The notes beneath the pieces are model-generated. The model was not told where the DNA came from and made no database searches. It saw nothing but the letters and a program-made list of their open reading frames with translations. A program made the position numbers and the translations under genes. Shown piece after piece: positions 1 to 11,704 of a DNA stretch of 64,000 nucleotides. This DNA is from Longimicrobiales bacterium (GTDB taxonomy: Bacteria; Gemmatimonadota; Gemmatimonadetes; Longimicrobiales; Gaopeijiaceae), in contig CAXXKM010000003.1 in NCBI GenBank assembly GCA_963664435.2, positions 1,472,001 to 1,536,000 on the forward strand, read 5' to 3'. The stretch's first letter is position 1. Each line of letters starts with the position of its first letter.

Positions 1-405
1 CGGCGCGTCGACCAGGACAGTCACGTCCACGCCATGAGCATGGCCCGTCTCGAAGAGCAGCGGGATCTCGGCCGCCACCAGTTCCACCCCCCGGCGCCGC
101 TGTTCCCGCATCCACTCCTCACGCCGGTCCCGAATGCGGGGATGCAGGATCGATTCCAGCTTGCGACGGGCATCTTCATCGCGGAATACCCGATCCCGCA
201 ACCGGCCCCGGTCGAGCTGTCCGTCCGGCCCCAGCACGTTCTCCCCGAACGCGCGCGCGACTTCCCGCAGCCCGTCCGTCCCGGGCTCCACCACCTCGCG
301 CGAAAGGTCGTCCGCGCTGATTACGGGCACGCCCGCCCGGGCCCAGGTCTTCAACACGGTGGACTTGCCGGAAGCGATGTTCCCGGTGACCGCGACGCTC
401 AGCAT
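1..405 (-). CDS. coaE: Dephospho-CoA kinase (3' end runs off the window)
   Basis: Not in ORF track; manual translation from ATG 405 gives MLSVAVTGNIASGKST (P-loop)...ISADDLSREVV...LDRGRLR...LESILHPRI...EIPLLFE, typical CoaE motifs. Confidence 0.93.
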   Translation of the reverse strand, partial: MLSVAVTGNIASGKSTVLKTWARAGVPVISADDLSREVVEPGTDGLREVARAFGENVLGPDGQLDRGRLRDRVFRDEDARRKLESILHPRIRDRREEWMREQRRRGVELVAAEIPLLFETGHAHGVDVTVLVDAP

Positions 406-511
406 GGACGCCCTGCGCGCCGACACGGGCCCCCGTCGGGAGTCGGGACGATGAACGGACGGATGCGCAGGCGCGCATGAACGCTCCCGGAGCGGGAGCG
501 GGAGAGCTTCG

Positions 512-1048
512 TCATCCGCCGCCGCCCCCCAGCGCGTCGAACAGGTAGACGATGGCGATGTACTTGGCGATGAGCCCGGCGGCGCTCCAGGTGAGCGCCC
601 GGAGGGCGCCGAAGCGCGACATGCCGGCAACCAGGAGCATGTTGGGGGAGGAGAGCGGAAACAGGTTGAAGGTGAGGATCGCCCAGGTGCCCCAGCGTCC
701 GATCAGGCCGCTGAACTTCGCATAGCGCTCGCGTCCCAGGAAATCCTCGAGCACCCCCGTGCCGACCGCGCGGCCGATGGCATAGTCGATGGCCTGGGCC
801 GCCAGCGCGGTCGTGACCGCGAGCAGAACCAGCAGGCCGCCCGCGTGCCCCTCCGACTGATAATAGGGAACGAGCGCCTCGACCGGCATCAGCAGGAAGA
901 AGAGATACCCGGCGAAGTGGACGGTGACGAAGGAGCCCAGCCCGGGCGCGCGGCCGGCATAGATGGCCCGGCCGATGGTGGAGGACACCAGCGCCACCGC
1001 GACCAGGACGGTGACCGCCGCGATCAGGATGCGCGTGCGCCTGGTCAT
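512..1048 (-). CDS. VTT/DedA (SNARE-associated) family membrane protein
   Basis: Several TM helices; DYAIGR...RWGTWAILTFNLFPL...LLVAG pattern. Confidence 0.7.
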   Translation of the reverse strand: MTRRTRILIAAVTVLVAVALVSSTIGRAIYAGRAPGLGSFVTVHFAGYLFFLLMPVEALVPYYQSEGHAGGLLVLLAVTTALAAQAIDYAIGRAVGTGVLEDFLGRERYAKFSGLIGRWGTWAILTFNLFPLSSPNMLLVAGMSRFGALRALTWSAAGLIAKYIAIVYLFDALGGGGG

Positions 1049-1076
1049 GCCGCGTGGAGCTCCCGCCTGCTTCCAC

Positions 1077-1325
1077 TCACCGGCCGCGCCGCATGCGTGC
1101 CGCCCAGCGCAGGAACCGCTCGGACTCTTCCGCCGGGGGACGGGCGTGGGGATCGCCGTAGGCCGTATCCAGCCGCCAGCGCAGGAAGGAAGCCGATGGG
1201 AGGGGAAGAAACGGGGGCCTCCGAAACCAGCCGCGGCGACGAAAGGCCCATCCGGCTCCCAGCAACGCGGGTATGACGGAAGGACGGCGAAACGCCAGGA
1301 CGACGAAACTCCGGTAGATCCCCAA
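1077..1325 (-). CDS. Small hypothetical protein (start uncertain, TTG assumed)
   Basis: 3' part of ORF 1077..2129 reads protein-like (AGWAFRRRGWFRRPPFLPLP...WRLDTAYGD) and fills the gap between co-oriented genes. Confidence 0.6.
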   Translation of the reverse strand: MGIYRSFVVLAFRRPSVIPALLGAGWAFRRRGWFRRPPFLPLPSASFLRWRLDTAYGDPHARPPAEESERFLRWAARMRRGR

Positions 1326-1441
1326 GACGTGTCGCTTCTCCGCGGGCGAGGTGGTCGATGAGCGGCTGTTCCAATCTAGTCGATCGCCGGCCCGCCGTGA
1401 CGTCGAGGCCGCGAGCGCAGGGCGCCGGGCGCGTCGCGGAA

Positions 1442-3412
1442 TCAGTCGGCGAGCTCGGTCCGATCCCTGAAGTGCTCCAGCGCGTCCGGGTTCGCCAGCG
1501 CCTGCCGGTTTCGCACTGGTTCGCCGTGGACCACGGCTCTCACGGCCAGCTCCACGATCTTGCCGCTCCGGGTTCGGGGAATGTCGGACACCTCGAGGAT
1601 CTTCGCCGGTACATGGCGAGGGCTTGCGCGCCCGCGCAGCGCGGCTCGAATCCGGGCGCGAAGACCCTCGTCGAGAGCGTGTCCGGCACGCAGGCGGACG
1701 AAGAGGACCAGGCGCGTCCCCCGCGTCCGACGCTGGCCGATGGCGATCGCCTCGCGGACTTCCGGCAAGGCTTCCACGACCCGGTACACCTCCGCCGTCC
1801 CGATGCGCACGCCGGCCAACAACAAGGTCGCGTCCGAGCGGCCGTGAATGACGTATCCCCCGCTGGGGGTTCTCTCGATGTAGTCGCCGTGGTGCCATAC
1901 GCCGGGGAAGCGCCGGAAATAGGTGTCGTGGTAGCGCTCGCCGCCGCCGTCGCCCCAGAAGCCCAGCGGCATGGAGGGGAAGGGCCGGGTGCACACGAGT
2001 TCGCCCCTGCCCCGCTCCAGCGGACGGCCGTGGTCGTCGTACACCTCCACCGCCATCCCCAGCGCGGGTCCCTGGATCTCCCCGGCGAAGACGGGGTGGG
2101 TGGGCAATCCGCCGACGAAACAGGCGCACAGGTCCGTCCCCCCCGACACCGAAGCCAGGTGCACGTCGGGCTTCACATGTTCGTGGACGTAGCGAAACCC
2201 CGCCGCGGCCAGAGGCGACCCTGTGGAAATGACTGTCCTCAGCGAGGTCAGCGCGTGGGTCTCCCGGGGGCGAGCGCGCGCGTTACGCAGCATGGCGAGG
2301 AAGCGGGGAGAAGTCCCGAGATGGGTCATCCGGGCCGAATCGGCGAAGTCGAACAGGACGCCGTGGTCGGGAAACGCGGGCGAACCGTCGTATAGGAGCG
2401 CGGTCGCGCCCGATCCCAGGATGGAGACGAGCCAGTTCCACATCATCCACCCCAGGGTGGTGAAGTAGAACACCCGGTCTCCCTCCTTCACGTCTGCGTG
2501 CAGGCGCTGCTCCTTCAGATGCTGCAGAAGTACGCCGCCGGCGCTGTGGACGATGCACTTGGGCGGACCTGTGGTGCCCGACGAGAACAGGATGTAGAGC
2601 GGGTGCGCGAACGGGAGGCGCGCGAAGGAGATTGACGCGGGCTCGAAGGGCGCGATGAAGTCGGAGAAGGCGACGGCTGCCGGGAGATCGGGGGCGGGAC
2701 CACCGTCGGCGGGCGCCGGCCCGCCCGGGTTCGCGGCGGGCACGACCACGACGCGCTCCACCGACGGGAGGCGGCCCGCGACCGCCGCGAGCTTGTCGGC
2801 GGTGGAATACCATCTGCCGCCATACCGGTAGCCGTCGATGCCGATCAGCAGCCGGGGCGCGATCTGGCCGAAGCGGTCCACCACGCCATCCACCCCGAAG
2901 TCCGGGGACGCGCTGGCGGTGATCGCCCCCAGGCTCGCGGCGGCCAGCACCGCGGCGATCGCCTCGGGCAGGTTGGGGAGCAGAAGAGCTACGCGGTCTC
3001 CGCGCCGGATGCCGGCGGCCTGCATCCCCTGGACCACGCGCGACACCAGATCACCGAGCTCCCCCCAGGAGAGGGTCGGTCCCGGACCTGCTTCCGAGTA
3101 CGCGATGACGGCGGGGGCGGAGTCGTCGCGTTGCAGCAGGTTCTCCGCGAAGTTGAGCCGGGCTCCGGAGAAATAACGGGCCTCCATCGGCCCCGGTCCC
3201 CTCTCCAGAATCGCATCGCCCTTGTCTCCCACCACCCCGCTCCAGTCCCAGAACGCGTCCCAGAATGCGGCCTGATCCGTCAGCGACCATCGCCACAGGG
3301 CTTCGTAACCGGGGCCGGGAAGGTGCCCCTTCCGCTCGAGGAATGCGCGGAAGTCGGTGAGGTTGGCGGCGTCGCGCCGTTCCCGCGCGGGTCGCCAGAT
3401 GGGAGAAGTCAT
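1442..3412 (-). CDS. Acetoacetate--CoA ligase (acetoacetyl-CoA synthetase)
   Basis: LNFAENLL, FSSGTTGPPKCIVH, FTTLGWMMWNWL, SGGTD, WHHGD, RSGKIVE motifs. Confidence 0.92.
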   Translation of the reverse strand: MTSPIWRPARERRDAANLTDFRAFLERKGHLPGPGYEALWRWSLTDQAAFWDAFWDWSGVVGDKGDAILERGPGPMEARYFSGARLNFAENLLQRDDSAPAVIAYSEAGPGPTLSWGELGDLVSRVVQGMQAAGIRRGDRVALLLPNLPEAIAAVLAAASLGAITASASPDFGVDGVVDRFGQIAPRLLIGIDGYRYGGRWYSTADKLAAVAGRLPSVERVVVVPAANPGGPAPADGGPAPDLPAAVAFSDFIAPFEPASISFARLPFAHPLYILFSSGTTGPPKCIVHSAGGVLLQHLKEQRLHADVKEGDRVFYFTTLGWMMWNWLVSILGSGATALLYDGSPAFPDHGVLFDFADSARMTHLGTSPRFLAMLRNARARPRETHALTSLRTVISTGSPLAAAGFRYVHEHVKPDVHLASVSGGTDLCACFVGGLPTHPVFAGEIQGPALGMAVEVYDDHGRPLERGRGELVCTRPFPSMPLGFWGDGGGERYHDTYFRRFPGVWHHGDYIERTPSGGYVIHGRSDATLLLAGVRIGTAEVYRVVEALPEVREAIAIGQRRTRGTRLVLFVRLRAGHALDEGLRARIRAALRGRASPRHVPAKILEVSDIPRTRSGKIVELAVRAVVHGEPVRNRQALANPDALEHFRDRTELAD

Positions 3413-3501
3413 CGTGACGGCGAAACCTGTCCTTGCGTGAGGGGAATTCCGGAATCGGAACCGGTGGTCCGGGAAGCGGTGCTTCCGGGTATCTTATGTC
3501 T

Positions 3502-3606
3502 GGGTGACGGCGGCGGGGAATCGGGTGACGGCGGCGGGGAATCGGATGAAGGCAATGCGCGGTCGGATGATGGAGGTGCGGAAACGGATGAACGCGACAA
3601 GAGAAA
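3502..3606. repeat. Degenerate 21-bp tandem array, about 5 units, first two identical
   Basis: gggtgacggcggcggggaatc x2, then three ggatga-initiated units at 21-bp spacing. Confidence 0.75.
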
Positions 3607-3628
3607 CAGGTAGCGGGAGGAACGCAAA

Positions 3629-5083
3629 ATGACGGCTGTCGTCAAGCGCCAGGTCCCATGTCCCGGGGTCCGTGGCCCGGCGGCTCTCGTCGTTGTGCTC
3701 TCGACAGCGTGCACCACGGCCCCGGCTCCGCCGGCGGACGAAGCGCTGCTGATCGATGGAGGCACGGTTGTGGTCATGGACGACACCGGAACCGTGCTCG
3801 AGGGCGGCGCGGTGCTCGTGGAGGGAGAACGCATCACCGGTCTCCTGGCATCCGGCGACCCCCGGCCGTCCGGCGCAGCCGTGCTCGACGCAACCGGGCA
3901 CCTCGTGATCCCGGGACTCGTGAACACGCATGGCCACGCCGCGATGTCGCTCCTCAGGGGACTCGCCGACGACCTGCCGCTGATGACCTGGCTGGAGGAG
4001 CACATCTTCCCGGCGGAGGCGGCCCTGGTGAGCCCCGACTTCGTGTACTGGGGGACGCTGCTCTCGTGCATCGAGATGCTCAAGAGCGGGACGACCACCT
4101 TCGCCGACATGTACTACTTCAGGGACGACGGAGCGAGGGCCACCATCGACGCCGGCATCCGGACCGTGCTCGGCCCGAACGTGATCGGCTTTCCCGCCCC
4201 GGACTATCCGTCCCCCGAGGCTTCGCTCGCGGACGCCGCAGAGTTCATGGAACGGTACCGTGACCACCCCACCCTGGTCCCGGGGGTTGCCGCCCATGCG
4301 CTCTACACCACATCGCTCGACGATGTGGCGGACGCCGTACAGCTGGCCAACGACTACGCGGCTCCCTTTCAGATTCACACCGCCGAAGACGCGGGGGAAT
4401 TCGCCACCGTGAGCGGTCTGACCGGGATGGGGGTGGTGGAGGCGCTCGAGTCCATCGGCGCGCTGCGGCCCGGCACGGTGCTCGCCCACTCTATCTACCT
4501 CACGGACGAAGACATCGCGCGCATCGCGGCGAGCGGCGCGGGTATCGCTCACAACCCCGAGAGCAATCTGAAGCTCGGCATCTCGCGGGCGGCTCCGATC
4601 GTGGAGGCTCTGGCCGCGGGGATTCCGGTGGGACTCGGGACCGACGGACCGGCCAGCAACAACGACCTGGATCTCTTCGACGAGATGGACACCGCTGCCA
4701 AACTCCACAAGTTCGCCACCGCCGACCCCACCGCGCTCCCGGCCGAGACCGTGTTCCGGCTTGCCACCATGGGCGGCGCCCGGGTCCTCAACCTCCACGA
4801 CCAGATCGGCTCGCTGGAGCCGGGGAAGCGCGCCGACATCGTCCTGGTGGACACACGCCGGGCCGGGCTCACGCCCCTCTACAACGTCTACTCGCATCTC
4901 GTGTACGCGACGCGCGGAAGCGATGTCTCGACGGTGCTGGTGAACGGACGCGTCGTGGTGCGCGACGGGGAGGTGCTGACGGTGGACGAGGCGGCGGTGC
5001 TGGAGCGTGCACGCTCCTTCCGGGAGCAGGTTGTGGAGGTGATGCGGGGCGGGGCGGGGCGGACGGAGGGCGCGGGCGGGTAG
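3629..5083 (+). CDS. Amidohydrolase, MTA/SAH deaminase-like, with predicted lipoprotein signal
   Basis: PGLVNTHGH, SGTTTFADMY, HTAE, HNPESNLKL, GTDGPASNNDLD; N-terminal hydrophobic stretch ending LSTAC. Confidence 0.85.
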   Translation: MTAVVKRQVPCPGVRGPAALVVVLSTACTTAPAPPADEALLIDGGTVVVMDDTGTVLEGGAVLVEGERITGLLASGDPRPSGAAVLDATGHLVIPGLVNTHGHAAMSLLRGLADDLPLMTWLEEHIFPAEAALVSPDFVYWGTLLSCIEMLKSGTTTFADMYYFRDDGARATIDAGIRTVLGPNVIGFPAPDYPSPEASLADAAEFMERYRDHPTLVPGVAAHALYTTSLDDVADAVQLANDYAAPFQIHTAEDAGEFATVSGLTGMGVVEALESIGALRPGTVLAHSIYLTDEDIARIAASGAGIAHNPESNLKLGISRAAPIVEALAAGIPVGLGTDGPASNNDLDLFDEMDTAAKLHKFATADPTALPAETVFRLATMGGARVLNLHDQIGSLEPGKRADIVLVDTRRAGLTPLYNVYSHLVYATRGSDVSTVLVNGRVVVRDGEVLTVDEAAVLERARSFREQVVEVMRGGAGRTEGAGG

Positions 5084-5085
5084 GC

Positions 5086-5895
5086 GTGCATCTTTCCGTG
5101 ATCGTCAGCACGTACAACGCCCCGGCATGGCTGGAGAAGGCCCTCTGGGGGTACGCCGGCCAGCGGCACCGCAACTTCGAGCTGCTCGTGGCCGACGACG
5201 GTTCCACGGACGAGACCGCGCGGCTGCTGCGGAGTTACGCCCGCCGGGGCCTGCCGATCCGCCACGTCCGGCAGGCGGACGACGGTTTCCGCAAGTCGCG
5301 CATTCTCAACCGGGCCATCGTCGCCGCGCGGGCCGACTACCTGGTCTTCTCCGACGGCGACTGCATCCCGCGCGCCGACTTCCTGACCGCGCACGCGACC
5401 CTCGCGCGGCCGGGACGCTTCCTGTCGGGCGGGTACGTGAAGCTGCCCCTGGCGGTCAGCCGCGCCATTGCCCGCGACGATGTGACCAGCGGCCGCGCGT
5501 TCTCGCTCCCCTGGATCCGGGCTCGCGGAGTGCGTGACCCGCGGCGCCTGGTCAAGCTGGGGATAGCGCCGCGCGCCGCGCCGGCCGCCGACCTGCTCAC
5601 CACCACGCGCGCCACCTGGAACGGCCACAACGCCTCGGGCTGGCGCCGGGACATCCTGGCCGCCAACGGTTTCGACGAACGGATGCAGTACGGCGGCGAG
5701 GACCGGGAGTTGGGCGAGCGACTGGAGAACGCCGGCATCCGCGGACTGCAGGTGCGCCACCGGGCAGTGTGCGTGCACCTCGGCCATCCGCGCCCGTACG
5801 CGACCCCCGAGTCCATCGCCCGCAACCGACGCATCCGCCGGACGACCCGGGCGCAGGGCATCCTACGAACTCCCTTCGGGATCGATCAGCCATGA
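5086..5895 (+). CDS. Glycosyltransferase family 2
   Basis: [26 protein letters not shown]...GGED. Confidence 0.9.
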   Translation: MHLSVIVSTYNAPAWLEKALWGYAGQRHRNFELLVADDGSTDETARLLRSYARRGLPIRHVRQADDGFRKSRILNRAIVAARADYLVFSDGDCIPRADFLTAHATLARPGRFLSGGYVKLPLAVSRAIARDDVTSGRAFSLPWIRARGVRDPRRLVKLGIAPRAAPAADLLTTTRATWNGHNASGWRRDILAANGFDERMQYGGEDRELGERLENAGIRGLQVRHRAVCVHLGHPRPYATPESIARNRRIRRTTRAQGILRTPFGIDQP

Positions 5896-8027
5896 CCCAC
5901 ACACCGCCCCCCCCGCCAGCGGATTCCTCAGGCCACACACAGCCGGCTGCCGGCGCGCGCAATCGGCTGTCGCGCGAGACCAGCCCCTATCTGCTGCAGC
6001 ACGCCGGAAACCCGGTGAACTGGTACCCGTGGGGCGACGAAGCGCTCGCCCGGGCGCGCAAGGATGACCGGCCCATCCTCCTTTCCATCGGCTACTCCGC
6101 CTGCCACTGGTGCCACGTCATGGAGCGCGAGTCCTTCGAGGACGACGGGACGGCCGCCCTGATGAACGAGCACTTCGTCAACATCAAGGTCGATCGGGAG
6201 GAGCGGCCCGATCTGGACGCGATCTACATGCGCGCGGTCCAGAGCATCACCGGGCAGGGAGGGTGGCCGCTGACCGCCTTCCTCACCCCGCAGGGGCTGC
6301 CCTACTACGGCGGCACCTATTTCCCGCCGGAACCCCGCCACGGCATGCCGTCGTTCCGCCAGGTGCTCGACGCAGCCGGCCGGGCGTACACGGGACGCAA
6401 GGCCGAAGTGCGGGAGGCCGCAAACCGGATGCGCGGCTTGCTCGAGCGCTCCATGTCGCCTCCCGATGCGGAACGGGTCTCACCCAACGACCCGGAGCTT
6501 CCAACCGGGCTGGCACGCACCGCCTGCAGCGACATCGCCCGCGGCTACGACTCGATCCACGGAGGCTTCGGGCGCGCGCCCAAGTTTCCCCAGCCCATGG
6601 TGCTGGAATTGATGCTGCGGGTTCACCGCGCCTCGGGAGACGATCGGCTGCTGGCCATGGCGACGCATACGCTGCGCAAGATGGCGCGCGGCGGCATCCA
6701 CGATCAGCTGGGCGGGGGATTCCACCGCTACACCGTCGACGCTGGCTGGCTGGTGCCGCACTTCGAGAAAATGCTCTACGACAACGCGTTGCTCGCGAGC
6801 GCCTACCTGCAGGCTCACCTATACACGGATGACGCCGAGTTCCTGGCGGTCGTTGAGAAGACGCTGGCCTACATGCTCTCCGATCTGCGCGCGCCGGACG
6901 GCGGGTTCTACTCCGCGCGCGACGCGGACTCGGAAGGGGAGGAGGGGCTCTTCTACCTCTGGACCGCGGAGGAGGTCGACGAGCTCCTCGACCCGTCCAC
7001 GGCGCGCCTGTTCCGGCGCTGCTACGACGTCACACCGGCCGGCAACTTCGAGGGCCGCAACATCCTCCACCTTCCCCACGACCCGGAGTCGGTGGCGAGG
7101 GCGGAGGGCATGGCGCCGGACGAACTGGACACCGTGCTGGCGCGGGCCTCGGCCCATCTGCTCGAAGCCCGGGCTCAGCGCGAACCGCCCTTCCGCGACG
7201 AAAAGGTGATCGTGGCGTGGAACGGATTCGCCATTCGCGTCCTGGCTGAAGCCGGCGCAGCGCTGGGACGTCGCGAATACGTGCGTGCGGCCGAGCAGGC
7301 GGGGGAGTTCATCCTCGCCGAACTGCGGCGCGACGGCCGACTGGTTCGGAGCCACAAGGACCGGCCCTCGGGGGTGGGCGGGTTTCTGGAGGACTACGCA
7401 GCGCTTGCGGGGGCCTTCCTGGCGCTGCACGAAGCGACGCTCCGGGCGGTCTGGCTCGATCGCGCCACGGATCTTGCGGAAGCGCTCGTACAGGGGTTCT
7501 TCGACCGCGCGACCGGCCTGCTGTTCGACACCCACCGAGCCGATCCGGCTCTGGTCGTGCGCCCGCGCGACGCCACGGACAACGCCACCCCGGCCGGCAA
7601 TTCCCTGGCGGCCGAGGTCCTGCTGCGCCTGGGCCGGCTTCTGGACCGGGAGGACTTTCGCACCCTGGCAGCGCGGGTGCTGGCCAGCGAGGCGGCGGCA
7701 ATGGCGCGCTTCCCCAGCGCCTACGGGAGGCTGCTCGCCGTGACCGACGCCTTCGACCGACCCGGCGTCGAAGTGTTGATCGAGGGCGACCCCGACGACG
7801 ATGCCACCCGGGCGCTGCTGCAGGCGGCGCACGGCCGCTATCTGCCCGACCGGCTGGTCACCGGCGACGAAGCGGGCAGGACGCCGAGGGCCCCCTGGCG
7901 CCTCGTGGCAGGCGGCAAGGGCCATGGCGGGCCGCGCGCCCACGTGTGCCACGACTACACCTGTCAGAGGCCTGTCGCCGATCCGGGCTCGCTCGCCGAG
8001 CAGCTGGACGCCGCCGGCGAGCCCTGA
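5892..8027 (+). CDS. Thioredoxin-domain protein (YyaL/DUF255/SSP411 family)
   Basis: [44 protein letters not shown] overlaps upstream stop (ATGA). Confidence 0.92.
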   Translation: MTHTPPPPPADSSGHTQPAAGARNRLSRETSPYLLQHAGNPVNWYPWGDEALARARKDDRPILLSIGYSACHWCHVMERESFEDDGTAALMNEHFVNIKVDREERPDLDAIYMRAVQSITGQGGWPLTAFLTPQGLPYYGGTYFPPEPRHGMPSFRQVLDAAGRAYTGRKAEVREAANRMRGLLERSMSPPDAERVSPNDPELPTGLARTACSDIARGYDSIHGGFGRAPKFPQPMVLELMLRVHRASGDDRLLAMATHTLRKMARGGIHDQLGGGFHRYTVDAGWLVPHFEKMLYDNALLASAYLQAHLYTDDAEFLAVVEKTLAYMLSDLRAPDGGFYSARDADSEGEEGLFYLWTAEEVDELLDPSTARLFRRCYDVTPAGNFEGRNILHLPHDPESVARAEGMAPDELDTVLARASAHLLEARAQREPPFRDEKVIVAWNGFAIRVLAEAGAALGRREYVRAAEQAGEFILAELRRDGRLVRSHKDRPSGVGGFLEDYAALAGAFLALHEATLRAVWLDRATDLAEALVQGFFDRATGLLFDTHRADPALVVRPRDATDNATPAGNSLAAEVLLRLGRLLDREDFRTLAARVLASEAAAMARFPSAYGRLLAVTDAFDRPGVEVLIEGDPDDDATRALLQAAHGRYLPDRLVTGDEAGRTPRAPWRLVAGGKGHGGPRAHVCHDYTCQRPVADPGSLAEQLDAAGEP

Positions 8028-8178
8028 CGGGCCGGCCGGGGCAGCTGCGGTGGTTGGACCGTGTTGCCCGCTCCGGCTATGTTGCTAGGGAGTTCAATAG
8101 CACGGTCGCGCGCCGAGGTGACGCAGGGACGATATCGATGCCCCTAGGCGCCGAACTTGGGGAATCCGCTCGCTCGCG

Positions 8179-10383
8179 ATGTCGTCCTTTTCGGGCAGCG
8201 CCCACAAACCGCCAATGCCAACTGAAACTCGTACGGCCCTTGGAACGGCAAGCGCCGAAGCCGGACGTGATCCCATCGGGAAGACACTGCCCATTACGGC
8301 AGAGCGGTTGCTCGACTGCTATCGCGTGATGGTCACGTCGAGGCACATTGATGATCGTGAAATCTCTCTCAAGCGGCAGAACAAGACCTTCTTCCAGATT
8401 TCGAGCGCGGGCCACGAAGCCATCGGCGTGGCCGTGGCCGCTCACCTGAGGCCGGCCCACGACTGGTTCTACCTCTACTATCGTGACAGGGCGCTCTCGC
8501 TGGCGCTGGGCCAGACCCCGTACGAGCACTTCCTGCAGGCGGTGGCCGCCGAGTCCGATCCGGCCTCCGGCGGGCGGCAGATGCCGTGCCATTTCTGCGA
8601 TCCGCGGCTCAACATCACAAGCATGTCATCCCCGACCGGAACGCAGTTTCTGCAGGCCGTGGGGTGCGCCGAGGGCGGCCGCCGGGCCGCCGGGCTCCCG
8701 GACATGCGCGCACGCGTCGGCCAGGTTGAAGCGGACGAGGTCGTGCTGGTTTCGGCGGGGGAGGGCGCGACTTCGGAAGGCGAATTCTGGGAGGCGCTGA
8801 ACACAGCCTGCACGCTGAAGCTCCCCGTGCTGTTCCTGATCGAGGACAACGGCTACGCGATTTCCGTGCCGGTGGAGGTGCAGACCGCCGGCGGCAGCAT
8901 CTCCGGGCTGGCTTCCTCCTTCCCGGACCTGTTCATCGCGAAATGCGACGGCACCGATGTCATCGACAGCTACAAGGCGAGCCGCGCCGCCGTGCACCAC
9001 TGCCGCCGGGGACGAGGGCCGGCGCTGGTGCACGCCTACACCATCCGGCCCTACTCGCACTCGATGTCGGACGACGAGCGCGCGTATCGAACGGTCGAGG
9101 AACGAATCGGCGAAGAGGAACGGGATCCGCTGACCCGCACCCGCCAGCTCCTTCTGGACCTCAAGGTAGCCACCGCGGGGCAACTCGACCGCATCGAAGC
9201 CGAGGCCCACGTGGCCGTTCGAGAGGCGGCCACCGAGGCGCTGGGGCAGCCCCAGCCTCCGCCCGAGCGCGCGCTCGTGAACCTCTACTCCGAGACCGCG
9301 CCCCCTACGCAGCCGCAATTCGACACGGAAGGGTCGGCGGCGTTCGACCGGGGCAGCAAGCCACTGACCATGGTCGACCTCGTAAACCGCTGCCTCGGCG
9401 ACGAGATGGAGCGGGATCCCCGCATCGTCGTGTTCGGCCAGGATGTGGCCGACGCGTCGCGCGAGGAGGCGCTCGAGCAGGTGCAGGGCAAGGGCGGCGT
9501 CTTCAAGGTGACCCACGGGCTTCAGAAGCGCTTCGGGAGCGAGCGCGTGTTCAACTCTCCGCTCGCGGAGGCCAACATCGTCGGGCGCGCGATCGGGATG
9601 GCGGCCCGCGGGCTCAGGCCGGTCGTCGAGATCCAGTTCTTCGACTACATCTGGCCGGCGTTCATGCAGATACGCAACGAGCTGGCCACCATGCGCTACC
9701 GCTCAAACAGCGCGTTCGATGCGCCCGTGGTCATCCGGGTCCCCTTCGGCGGCTACCTCACGGGCGGAGGCATCTACCACTCGCAGACAGGGGCTTCCCT
9801 GTTCACGCACACGCCCGGGCTGCGCGTTGCCCTGCCCTCGAACGCACTCGATGCCAGCGGGCTCCTGCGCACGGCGATCCGGTGCGACGATCCCGTCATC
9901 TTCCTCGAGCACAAACACCTGTACCGGCAGGTGTACAACAAGAGTCGCGAGCCCGGGAGGGATTTCCTGATCCCGTTCGGGAAGGCGCGCGTCGCGCGCG
10001 AGGGATCGGATCTCACCATCGTGACCTGCGGGGCGCTGGTCAAGCGCAGCCTGGACGCGGCGCGCGTGGCGTCGCAAAAGGACGGCATCGAGGCCGAGAT
10101 CGTGGACCTGCGCAGCCTGTCGCCCTTTGACATGGATGCCATCGCCACGTCGGTGCGCAAGACCAACCGGGTGCTGGTCGCCTACGAGGACGGGCTCTCC
10201 TGGGGCTACGGAGCCGAGATCGCGGCCCGGGTCGCCGATGAACTCTTCGAGTGGCTGGATGCGCCGGTGCGGCGAATCGCCTCCCGGGACTGCTGGGTCG
10301 CGTACGCGCCGCAGCTCGAGGAAGTCATCCTTCCCCAGGTGCCCGACGTGGTCGCGGCGATCCGGGAACTGGCAGCGTTCTAG
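8179..10383 (+). CDS. 2-oxoacid (probably branched-chain) dehydrogenase E1, fused alpha/beta
   Basis: [28 protein letters not shown] (ThDP), [25 protein letters not shown]; start may be 8215. Confidence 0.9.
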   Translation: MSSFSGSAHKPPMPTETRTALGTASAEAGRDPIGKTLPITAERLLDCYRVMVTSRHIDDREISLKRQNKTFFQISSAGHEAIGVAVAAHLRPAHDWFYLYYRDRALSLALGQTPYEHFLQAVAAESDPASGGRQMPCHFCDPRLNITSMSSPTGTQFLQAVGCAEGGRRAAGLPDMRARVGQVEADEVVLVSAGEGATSEGEFWEALNTACTLKLPVLFLIEDNGYAISVPVEVQTAGGSISGLASSFPDLFIAKCDGTDVIDSYKASRAAVHHCRRGRGPALVHAYTIRPYSHSMSDDERAYRTVEERIGEEERDPLTRTRQLLLDLKVATAGQLDRIEAEAHVAVREAATEALGQPQPPPERALVNLYSETAPPTQPQFDTEGSAAFDRGSKPLTMVDLVNRCLGDEMERDPRIVVFGQDVADASREEALEQVQGKGGVFKVTHGLQKRFGSERVFNSPLAEANIVGRAIGMAARGLRPVVEIQFFDYIWPAFMQIRNELATMRYRSNSAFDAPVVIRVPFGGYLTGGGIYHSQTGASLFTHTPGLRVALPSNALDASGLLRTAIRCDDPVIFLEHKHLYRQVYNKSREPGRDFLIPFGKARVAREGSDLTIVTCGALVKRSLDAARVASQKDGIEAEIVDLRSLSPFDMDAIATSVRKTNRVLVAYEDGLSWGYGAEIAARVADELFEWLDAPVRRIASRDCWVAYAPQLEEVILPQVPDVVAAIRELAAF

Positions 10384-10468
10384 CCCGCGGACGAACTCCC
10401 CGCGGCATGCGCGCGGCGATGCATCCGGACCCGGGGAAGGTCCGGGGACGAGCCGCGTCTCGACTCCC

Positions 10469-11704
10469 TCAGTAGATCTGGAGGCCGGGATCGATCTGCT
10501 GAGCCCAGGCGTTGATCCCCCCCTCCATGTTGAGCACGTCGCGGTAGCCCGCACGCCAGAGCTGGTGCGCCACGTCCCCGCTGCGGACGCCGGTGCGGCA
10601 GTGGACGATGATCTGACGGTCGCGCGGGACTTCGTCCAGGCGGGCGCCCACTTCGCCCATCGGAATCAGCACCGCGCCCTGCGGGGCAAGGTTGGAAATC
10701 TCCCATTCGTAGGACTCGCGCACGTCCAGGAGAAATGGCGGGGTCCCGCCCCCCAGGCGGGCGCTGGCCTCAAGTACGTCTATGCCTCCGGGACCCGGCG
10801 ATTCACGGGATCCCTCGTTTGCGGGCAGGGTCATGGGTTGCGCCTCCGGCTGCACGCCGCAGAAAAGGTCGTAGTCGATCAGTTCGGTCTGGGTGGGATT
10901 CTCGCTGCACACGGGACAGGCGGGATCGGGCCGGATGGAGACCTCGCGCCACTCCAGTTCCAGCCCGTCGAAGATGAGCAGCCGTCCCGCGAGTGGACTT
11001 CCCTGCCCGAGGATCAGCTTCACGGTCTCGAGCGCCTGCAGGGAACCCACCACCCCGGGGACGACGCCCAGCACCCCGCCCTCGGCGCAGTTGGGCACCA
11101 GGCCGGGCGGGGGCGGTTCGCGGAAGAGGCACCGGTAGCAGGGACCGTCCCTGGTGGCGAACACCGACACCTGCCCCTCCCAGCGGTGCACCGAGCCGTA
11201 CACGTTGGGCTTGCCGAGCATCACGCAGGCGTCGTTCACCAGGTAGCGGGTCGGGAAGTTGTCGGTGCCGTCCACGATCACGTCGTAGTCGGAGAGCACC
11301 GCCAGGGCGTTTCCGCTGCCCAGCCTAGCGTCGTGGGTGACGACCTCGACGTGGGGGTTGGTCTCGGCGAGCCGGTCGCGGGCGGAATCGAGCTTCGGCC
11401 GGCCGACGTCGGTTTCCCCGTGCAGGATCTGGCGCTGGAGGTTGGTCGCGTCGACCTGATCGAAGTCCACGAGGCCGAGCCTGCCCACCCCCGCCGCGGC
11501 CAGGTAGAGGGCCACCGGCGAACCCAGTCCCCCCGCGCCAACCACCAGCACGCGGGCCGACTTCAGCCTGCGCTGTCCGGCGAGACCGACCTCGGGCAGC
11601 ACCAGGTGGCGGGCATAACGGAGCAACTCCGGCGGCGACAGCCGGCTCGACATCTCCCCGGTATCGGGCCGGCCCCGGCGGCCATCGGCAGCGCGGATGC
11701 TCAT
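10469..11704 (-). CDS. moeB: Molybdopterin-synthase adenylyltransferase MoeB/MoeZ with C-terminal rhodanese
   Basis: RYARH, GAGGLG, NLQRQ, DGTDNF, CYRC, NCAEGGVLG, CPVC, HCRTGVRS; start 11704 (ATGA-coupled) or 11653. Confidence 0.92.
   Translation of the reverse strand: MSIRAADGRRGRPDTGEMSSRLSPPELLRYARHLVLPEVGLAGQRRLKSARVLVVGAGGLGSPVALYLAAAGVGRLGLVDFDQVDATNLQRQILHGETDVGRPKLDSARDRLAETNPHVEVVTHDARLGSGNALAVLSDYDVIVDGTDNFPTRYLVNDACVMLGKPNVYGSVHRWEGQVSVFATRDGPCYRCLFREPPPPGLVPNCAEGGVLGVVPGVVGSLQALETVKLILGQGSPLAGRLLIFDGLELEWREVSIRPDPACPVCSENPTQTELIDYDLFCGVQPEAQPMTLPANEGSRESPGPGGIDVLEASARLGGGTPPFLLDVRESYEWEISNLAPQGAVLIPMGEVGARLDEVPRDRQIIVHCRTGVRSGDVAHQLWRAGYRDVLNMEGGINAWAQQIDPGLQIY

Noticed and set aside
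1795..1850. Acyl-CoA ligase motif variant DATLLLAGVR (usually DATLNPGGVR)
   Set aside because: Frame intact and other motifs conserved; not enough to call a lesion
3502..3606. 21-bp array (and the 26-bp repeat at 19137) as CRISPR
   Set aside because: Units are contiguous with no spacers; no cas genes
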